Positions 59,052-64,000 of a stretch of DNA of 64,000 bases are shown here, in pieces (within the stretch, counting starts at the first letter, position 1; the number at the start of each line of letters is the position of its first letter). Source of the stretch: Deltaproteobacteria bacterium (GTDB taxonomy: Bacteria; Desulfobacterota; Syntrophobacteria; BM002); contig JAFDGZ010000006.1 in the NCBI GenBank assembly GCA_019309045.1, forward strand, positions 2,066 through 66,065. The letters are read 5' to 3'. The notes under the pieces were generated by a model that worked only from the letters and a program-made list of their open reading frames with translations, was not told the origin of the DNA and ran no database searches. The position numbers and the translations under genes were made by a program.

Positions 59052-59591
59052 ATGGGAGCGCCCTTGATCCTCGGAGAACTCGTTGATTTCATAACAGGCC
59101 GTACTATCACCGATACATTGGATGAACGGTATCGGCAGAGAATCGCCAAGATTCTGGTGGAGGAAAAGGGATATCTGAAAGAAGACATCCAAATCCAACG
59201 GGAACTACCGTTGCTGGTCGATGCGAGCAGTTACCTGTGCAAAATAGACTTCGCCGTTGTCCTGAATGGAAAAACCGTAATGATAGTGCGGTTTGGACCG
59301 GGTTCCATTGTATCACGTGAACGACCTGCTCTTGCAGCCGCGAGGCTCCTGGAACCATATACGGTACCCTTCGCAGTCGTTACCAATGGCAAGGAAGCTC
59401 ACCTTATTGATACTGCTTCTGGCCGGGTTATTGGCAGGAGTCTAGACAGCATCCCCTCAAGAAGCGACTTGCTAGATCGATTTCCGAATATTTTGTTCAC
59501 CTGTCTTGCTGAGAAACGCCTTGAAAAGGAGCGGCGAATCTTATTTGCCTTCGAGGCAATAGGTACGTGCCCACTGGACTCCGAACATTAG
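59052..59591 (+). CDS. HsdR_N-like (restriction-endonuclease-fold) small protein, paralog 1
   Basis: AAAGGAGAA RBS. KIDFAVVLNGKTVMIVRFGPGS...PFAVVTNGKEAHLID resembles the type I restriction HsdR N-terminal domain family. Clearly paralogous to the next gene. Confidence 0.55.
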   Translation: MGAPLILGELVDFITGRTITDTLDERYRQRIAKILVEEKGYLKEDIQIQRELPLLVDASSYLCKIDFAVVLNGKTVMIVRFGPGSIVSRERPALAAARLLEPYTVPFAVVTNGKEAHLIDTASGRVIGRSLDSIPSRSDLLDRFPNILFTCLAEKRLEKERRILFAFEAIGTCPLDSEH

Positions 59592-59809
59592 GAGTACTAT
59601 TGTTAAATTATGGCCCGAGCTCGAAACTGGAAAGCGAAAATCCCGATCACCTGCAACGCAACCTATTGATCTCATTGTCGAGAATGATTATTTAATATGT
59701 CTTCCAGGGACTACAGGTTGCCCAGCTTGTAGCCAACATCAAGACGACGTCTTGAAGGAATTCAATGTGGTCTGTTGGCTGAGAGGCCTTGCCGTCATAT
59801 GGAGGAAGC

Positions 59810-60358
59810 ATGGTAAAAAAAACTAAGCCATATGAAATGATTACTGATTTTATCACAGGAAAGCCAGTTCCCAATATAGGCGCAGAAGAGAATCGCCAGC
59901 GTGTCGAACGCTTCCTGGTGGAAAATAGAGGCTATAGCAAAGCTGACATTGAGGTAGACGCAGACCTCACTTTCACCATTGGTGATACCCAGATCCGCTC
60001 CAATGTGGACTTGGTTGTAAAGCTGGAGGACAAGCGGTTCATGGTGCTCCGGTGCGTGCCCGGTTCTCTGGTCTCAAGACAGCGGGAAACCCTGGCGGCA
60101 GCCAGGCTGCTGGACTGCTATCAGATTCCTTTCGCTGTTGTTACAGATGGCAATGATGCGGACCTGCTCGATACCGTCACTGGTAAGGTGATCGCTCGGG
60201 GCATGGAGGCCATACCCGCAAAAGAAGATGCGTATCAATATCTAACGGTGATCGAACTTCAGCCTTTGCCCGAAAATAGAGTGCAGCGAGAAAGGATCAT
60301 TTTCCGCTCGTTCGATGAAATGAATATTAATGTCCAGCGAAAGCTCGGACAGGTGTGA
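59810..60358 (+). CDS. HsdR_N-like small protein, paralog 2
   Basis: Internal Met of track ORF 59789..60358, preceded by GGAGG. NVDLVVKLEDKRFMVLRCVPGS...PFAVVTDGNDADLLD. Shares DFITG, LAAARLL and PFAVVT blocks with paralog 1. Confidence 0.55.
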   Translation: MVKKTKPYEMITDFITGKPVPNIGAEENRQRVERFLVENRGYSKADIEVDADLTFTIGDTQIRSNVDLVVKLEDKRFMVLRCVPGSLVSRQRETLAAARLLDCYQIPFAVVTDGNDADLLDTVTGKVIARGMEAIPAKEDAYQYLTVIELQPLPENRVQRERIIFRSFDEMNINVQRKLGQV

Positions 60359-60520
60359 GGGGATATCGGCCATTGCCTATCTCGCCCGGCAAATCTCTTG
60401 CTGAGGTGACTGTTCGGCAAACAGCAGCTGCTGCCTATGCAGGGCTCTCTTGGCAGTTCCAAAGGCAATCTCCACTCTAGCCTCGACGCAGCTGAGTGGT
60501 CTCGAAACGACTAAAGTAAA

Positions 60521-61504
60521 ATGCGGTTTCCCCCAGAGTCAGAAGTGTTGTCTACCAGCCGCCGGTTCCCAGGACACGGCTGGTTCGGTCTTGCCGTACT
60601 TGGCGTCGCGCAGATATCTCTGTTTGTCGGCATAGAGGTAGTGAGCTACTGGTTCTACCCTCTAGCCTGGTGGTCGTATATCCTGATTGCGGACGCACTA
60701 GTCTATTACCGCAAAGGAACTTCCTTGCTAACGCATCACTTCCGCGAATTCTTCCTCTTGCTATCCTGGTCCATTTCTTTATGGCTGCTTTTTGAAATGT
60801 TCAACATTAGATTACACAACTGGCATTACACCATGGTCCCCATTAACACCACCGAACGCTGGTTGGGATATATTGTCAGTTACGCCACGGTGCTCCCGGG
60901 ACTCTTTGAAACCATGGAGGTATTTGAGAGCTATGGGCTTTTGCAAAACTGCCGTACTCGGCCGCTAGCCAGCAGCAGCCACTGGTATGCTCCTTTTGTC
61001 TTCATCGGCCTGATCTTCCTGCTCCTTCCCCTTCTCTGGCCGCAGTTTTTTTTCCCGCTGGTCTGGGGCGGCTTCATATTTCTGCTCGAACCCCTGAACC
61101 ATCACTTTGGTGCTCCTTCACTCATGCGCCAATGGCAAGAGGGTAGCCTGCGTACCTTCTATCTGTTGCTCCTGTCCGGAGCAGTCTGCGGCTTGCTCTG
61201 GGAATTTTGGAACTACTGGGCCGCAACCAAATGGGAATACACGGTTCCCTTTGTCGGCAGACTGAAACTTTTTGAAATGCCCTTATTGGGCTTCCTGGGC
61301 TTTCCCCCCTTTGCGGTGCAATGCTATGTCATTATGAACACCATTTCTCTTTGTCGTCATGGCCACGGCTGGCAAAATCCTCAGTCTGGGCGGTTTCGGC
61401 CAATTTCTCTTTATACCATCCTTGCCGTCCCTCTCTTTCTTACCTACTGGATCTTTGCCTTCCACCAAATCGATGTCCACACAGTAGCCAGCTGGCGACC
61501 ATAA
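60521..61504 (+). CDS. Hypothetical polytopic membrane protein (327 aa)
   Basis: Multiple hydrophobic, Trp/Phe-rich TM segments. No family recognised. Confidence 0.55.
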   Translation: MRFPPESEVLSTSRRFPGHGWFGLAVLGVAQISLFVGIEVVSYWFYPLAWWSYILIADALVYYRKGTSLLTHHFREFFLLLSWSISLWLLFEMFNIRLHNWHYTMVPINTTERWLGYIVSYATVLPGLFETMEVFESYGLLQNCRTRPLASSSHWYAPFVFIGLIFLLLPLLWPQFFFPLVWGGFIFLLEPLNHHFGAPSLMRQWQEGSLRTFYLLLLSGAVCGLLWEFWNYWAATKWEYTVPFVGRLKLFEMPLLGFLGFPPFAVQCYVIMNTISLCRHGHGWQNPQSGRFRPISLYTILAVPLFLTYWIFAFHQIDVHTVASWRP

Positions 61505-61600
61505 AGGCTGGCACACGTCTTTTTTGCAGCTCTGTCTGTAGCGCTCACTGGTCGCCATGAAACAGTCTTCTGCTACGCCAGAGCTCCCAGAAATTTCTCC

Positions 61601-61629
61601 TTGACAGAATAGTGAGTTTGTACTAAATT
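61601..61629 (+). promoter_or_regulatory. Candidate sigma70-type promoter for sat (TTGACA-17 nt-TAAATT)
   Basis: Hexamers read directly. Implies a leader of about 660 nt before the sat ATG at 62296. Confidence 0.35.
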
Positions 61630-61705
61630 TAACAATTACTTTTTATGAATTATCTATATGTTTTTACTTGATAATGCTTGATGTCAAATTGAAAGTGCAC
61701 TCTGG

Positions 61706-61721
61706 TAACCAATATTGGTTA
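61706..61721. repeat. Perfect 16-bp palindrome TAACCAATATTGGTTA in the sat upstream region
   Basis: Read directly. Extends imperfectly to about 24 nt (CTGGTAACCAATATTGGTTATCAG). Lies about 80 nt downstream of the candidate promoter. Confidence 0.4.
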
Positions 61722-62295
61722 TCAGAACGTGGCAGAGGATTGGATGCACAGCAACGAGTTGGTAGGCGCAGGCTTTAGCCTGGGTTGCCCTGTGTTGTTA
61801 TCGATTCGGAAAACCAATTGCCACATGGCACCATTGTAATACTGGCCGCAGTCGCAACCTTCAGGTTGCGACTACTGAACGTTCGATAAAAGGAGTGCCC
61901 TTTCATTTTGCCATCAACCGATAATTATGATGAGCGATTCTTCGGGGAAAAATATAGAATACCTCCTTCCTTCTTGGTAGAACGCCATGTTGCGGCGAGC
62001 CAGGGAGATAACTTTTCCGCACCTTTGGTCGCGGCCAGAAAGCTGCTCCTACAGTTGTTTTTAACCTTCGGCTCAAGACCGTGAACACCGGTATCGATCT
62101 AAAGGGGAGCAATTCCCTCACCAATAATTTGGTCACGCCGGTGAGCAATGATAGTACCTGAGTAGAAGAGCACGCAGACAATGTCGAAATTCAAAGAAAG
62201 GAGGAAAGGTTAGGCTGCGTATTAATAATCAATGTGTTTCGCGATGTGCAAGGATATCACTGGAATACACCAGGGTTAGAGAAAGGAGACAGGAC

Positions 62296-63555
62296 ATGGC
62301 TGAAATAGGACATGGCGGCAAGGAGATAGTCGAAAGAATTCTGGAGCCTGCGGAGGCAAAAGAAAAAATCAAAGGCCTTACAGCGGTACCCATCAGGAGT
62401 CAAATCGCCAACGAGGTCATTGATATTGCTTATGGCTTTTTCTCCCCGCTTCAAGGCTTTATGGGCAAGGCAGACCTGGAGTCAGTCTGCAAGAACATGA
62501 GACTGGCAAACGGCGTGGTCTGGAGCATTCCCATACTTTTTGACATGTCGCCTGAAGAGATAGCTGCCAAGGGAATAAAGGAAGGCGACAGTATTCTGCT
62601 CACCTACGACGACAATCCCATGGCAATCCTCGAACTGGAAGAGATTTTCGATTACGACAAGAAAGAAATGTGCCAGGCGGTCTTCGGCACCACTGAGGAC
62701 AAGCATCCAGGCTGCGCCCGTACTTACGAATATCAGGACAAATTTCTCGGGGGCAAGATCACCCTGGTGAATCGCCCCAGAATCAATCCGCCTTTTGAAC
62801 CATACTTTTTGCCACCGCTCGAGATGAGAAAGCGTTTCAGAGAGAAAGGCTGGAAGAGGATCGTTGCCCATCAGACCAGAAACGTGCCCCACACGGGCCA
62901 TGAGTGGCTCATGAAAGGCGCCTGGGCTCAAACCTACGCTGAGCTTCCCATTGAGAAGCCGCTGGTTGGAGTTCTGGTGAATGCAATTATCGGCGCCAAG
63001 CGCAAAGGGGACTACATTGATGAGGCGATCATCCTGTGTCAGGATGAGTTGCGCAAGGCTGGCTACTTCGGGGATCACAATCATCTCACTTCCCTTACCT
63101 TCTGGGATATGCGTTACGCCGGCCCCAGGGAAGCCGTATTTCATGCAGCTCTCAGGGCAAATCTCGGCCTTACCCATCACATGTACGGCCGTGACCACGC
63201 CGGCGTCGGTACATATTACGGCGCCTACGATGCTCATCACCTGCTGGCCAGTGTCCAGGACGACCTCAGCATCACGCCGGTCTATTCCATGAACTGGCTT
63301 TACTGCCCTCACTGTGGCGAGGTCACCTCTGAGGGGCTCTGCAATCACAAAGACGAGTGGCAGAAGTTCAGTGGCACCCTCATCCGCAGTATCGTTCAGG
63401 ACGGGGTCAAACCGCCACGCTTGATTTTCAGGCCGGAAGTATTCGACCTGGTAATGGAATGTGCCGAGAAGTATGGCTTCGGTTCTCCTTTTGTGACCGA
63501 CGAATATCTCGAGAAAAGAACCCCAGTTTTCAGCATCCTGCCCTTGAATGCCTAG
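62296..63555 (+). CDS. sat: Sulfate adenylyltransferase (ATP sulfurylase)
   Basis: HQTRNVPHTGHEWLMK (QTRNxxHxxH motif), GRDHAGVG motif, and AAAGGAGA RBS. Confidence 0.95.
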   Translation: MAEIGHGGKEIVERILEPAEAKEKIKGLTAVPIRSQIANEVIDIAYGFFSPLQGFMGKADLESVCKNMRLANGVVWSIPILFDMSPEEIAAKGIKEGDSILLTYDDNPMAILELEEIFDYDKKEMCQAVFGTTEDKHPGCARTYEYQDKFLGGKITLVNRPRINPPFEPYFLPPLEMRKRFREKGWKRIVAHQTRNVPHTGHEWLMKGAWAQTYAELPIEKPLVGVLVNAIIGAKRKGDYIDEAIILCQDELRKAGYFGDHNHLTSLTFWDMRYAGPREAVFHAALRANLGLTHHMYGRDHAGVGTYYGAYDAHHLLASVQDDLSITPVYSMNWLYCPHCGEVTSEGLCNHKDEWQKFSGTLIRSIVQDGVKPPRLIFRPEVFDLVMECAEKYGFGSPFVTDEYLEKRTPVFSILPLNA

Positions 63556-63569
63556 GAGGAGGTGACACC

Positions 63570-63869
63570 ATGACAGAAGAAAAATTTCCCATCAACATCT
63601 GGGTCAACGAAGAACGATACGAAAAGCTGCGAGATGCAGGTCTGGCAGACATGTGTGAAGAAATGCTCGCCGGGTTGAAGGTAATAAGAGTCTACGCCAA
63701 CGCTGCCCAGAGGGACAAGATATTGCAGGTCTTTCCCACAGCAAAATTCGACTCAGCCACCACAAAAAGCATCGAACTTCTCCCCCGAGACGTCAAGGAC
63801 AAAATCTTTGACAAGGTGATTGAGAGAAAGTCTATAGATATACTAGAGGAATTCTTGCAAGATTATTGA
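63570..63869 (+). CDS. Hypothetical 99-aa protein immediately downstream of sat
   Basis: ATG lies 14 nt after the sat stop and is preceded by AGGAGGAGG. The track ORF 63357..63869 is an upstream extension inside sat. Confidence 0.6.
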   Translation: MTEEKFPINIWVNEERYEKLRDAGLADMCEEMLAGLKVIRVYANAAQRDKILQVFPTAKFDSATTKSIELLPRDVKDKIFDKVIERKSIDILEEFLQDY

Positions 63870-63900
63870 TCGAGCTACACCTGCACATGTAGATTCCAGG

Positions 63901-63931
63901 AGAAGAGGGCCGCTGGGTCCTCTTTTCTTTT
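63901..63931 (+). terminator. Candidate intrinsic terminator after the sat operon
   Basis: Hairpin AGAAGAGGGCC-GCTG-GGTCCTCTTTT (with G-U pairs) followed by CTTTTG. Confidence 0.5.
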
Positions 63932-64000
63932 GCGCCCTGCTCAATTCTGTGCTAACTGTCAATGGCATTGGCGGCTCGTGTGCAGCCGATGCAGTGCTGC

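Noticed and set aside
61903-62181. 92-aa minus-strand ORF, and a ~59-codon plus-strand TTG ORF after AAAGGAG (about 61890-62080), in the sat leader
   Set aside because: The minus ORF is basic and low-complexity with no RBS. The plus ORF has SD-to-start spacing of about 12 nt, a non-ATG start and no recognisable family. Neither is supported without conservation data.
62482-63348. 288-aa minus-strand ORF opposite sat
   Set aside because: It is antisense to ATP sulfurylase, which has its catalytic motifs intact.
1-64000. CRISPR arrays, rRNA or tRNA genes, transposases, integrases or prophage genes
   Set aside because: I scanned the intergenic regions (3606-3934, 14661-15074, 16434-16726, 22399-22842, 24080-25021, 26270-26472, 33140-33480, 40214-40592, 49597-50752, 58756-59051, 61505-62295). 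I saw no spaced direct repeats, tRNA cloverleaf signatures or mobile-element ORFs. A covariance-model scan would be needed to be certain about small RNAs.

Overview
This 64-kb chromosomal window reads like a sulfate-reducing Desulfobacterota (deltaproteobacterial) genome. I support about 55 protein-coding genes. I recognised no rRNA, tRNA, CRISPR array, transposase or integrase by eye.

The recognisable housekeeping blocks are:
- radA, trxA and bamD
- rho-rpmE-prfA-prmC-murA
- comEC
- the Tol-Pal cluster (tolQ-tolR-tolA-like-tolB-pal-cpoB)
- a DjlA-like gene and ndk

The dissimilatory sulfate-reduction genes are aprBA-qmoABC (minus strand, 41988-49596) and sat (62296-63555). About 11 kb of poorly characterised genes separates them:
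- tandem YkgJ-type Cys-cluster paralogs
- two small Cys-rich proteins
- a SEC-C/HEAT protein
- a MoxR-like AAA / HExxH-VWA / GXGXG operon
- tandem HsdR_N-like paralogs
- a membrane protein

The left edge carries a TctC / family III CoA-transferase / IclR / HMG-CoA-lyase-like organic-acid module.

The stand-out is a tightly packed six-gene minus-strand operon at 4413-9752. In transcription order it encodes:
1. a small protein with a ubiquitin-like C-terminal half ending in GG-DW
2. a protein with a UBC/E2-like C-terminal motif
3. a 146-aa orphan
4. a ClpX-type AAA+ unfoldase that lacks the zinc-binding domain and the ClpP-docking IGF loop
5. a JAB/MPN (JAMM) peptidase
6. a single-chain E1-like enzyme with tandem degenerate and active adenylation domains

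I interpret this as a candidate bacterial ubiquitin-like conjugation system coupled to an unfoldase. I do not know that combination from described Bil, CBASS Cap2/Cap3, Pup or sulfur-carrier systems.

All functional calls come from motif and family recognition by eye, with no database searches. Coordinates of short motifs may be off by 1-2 nt.
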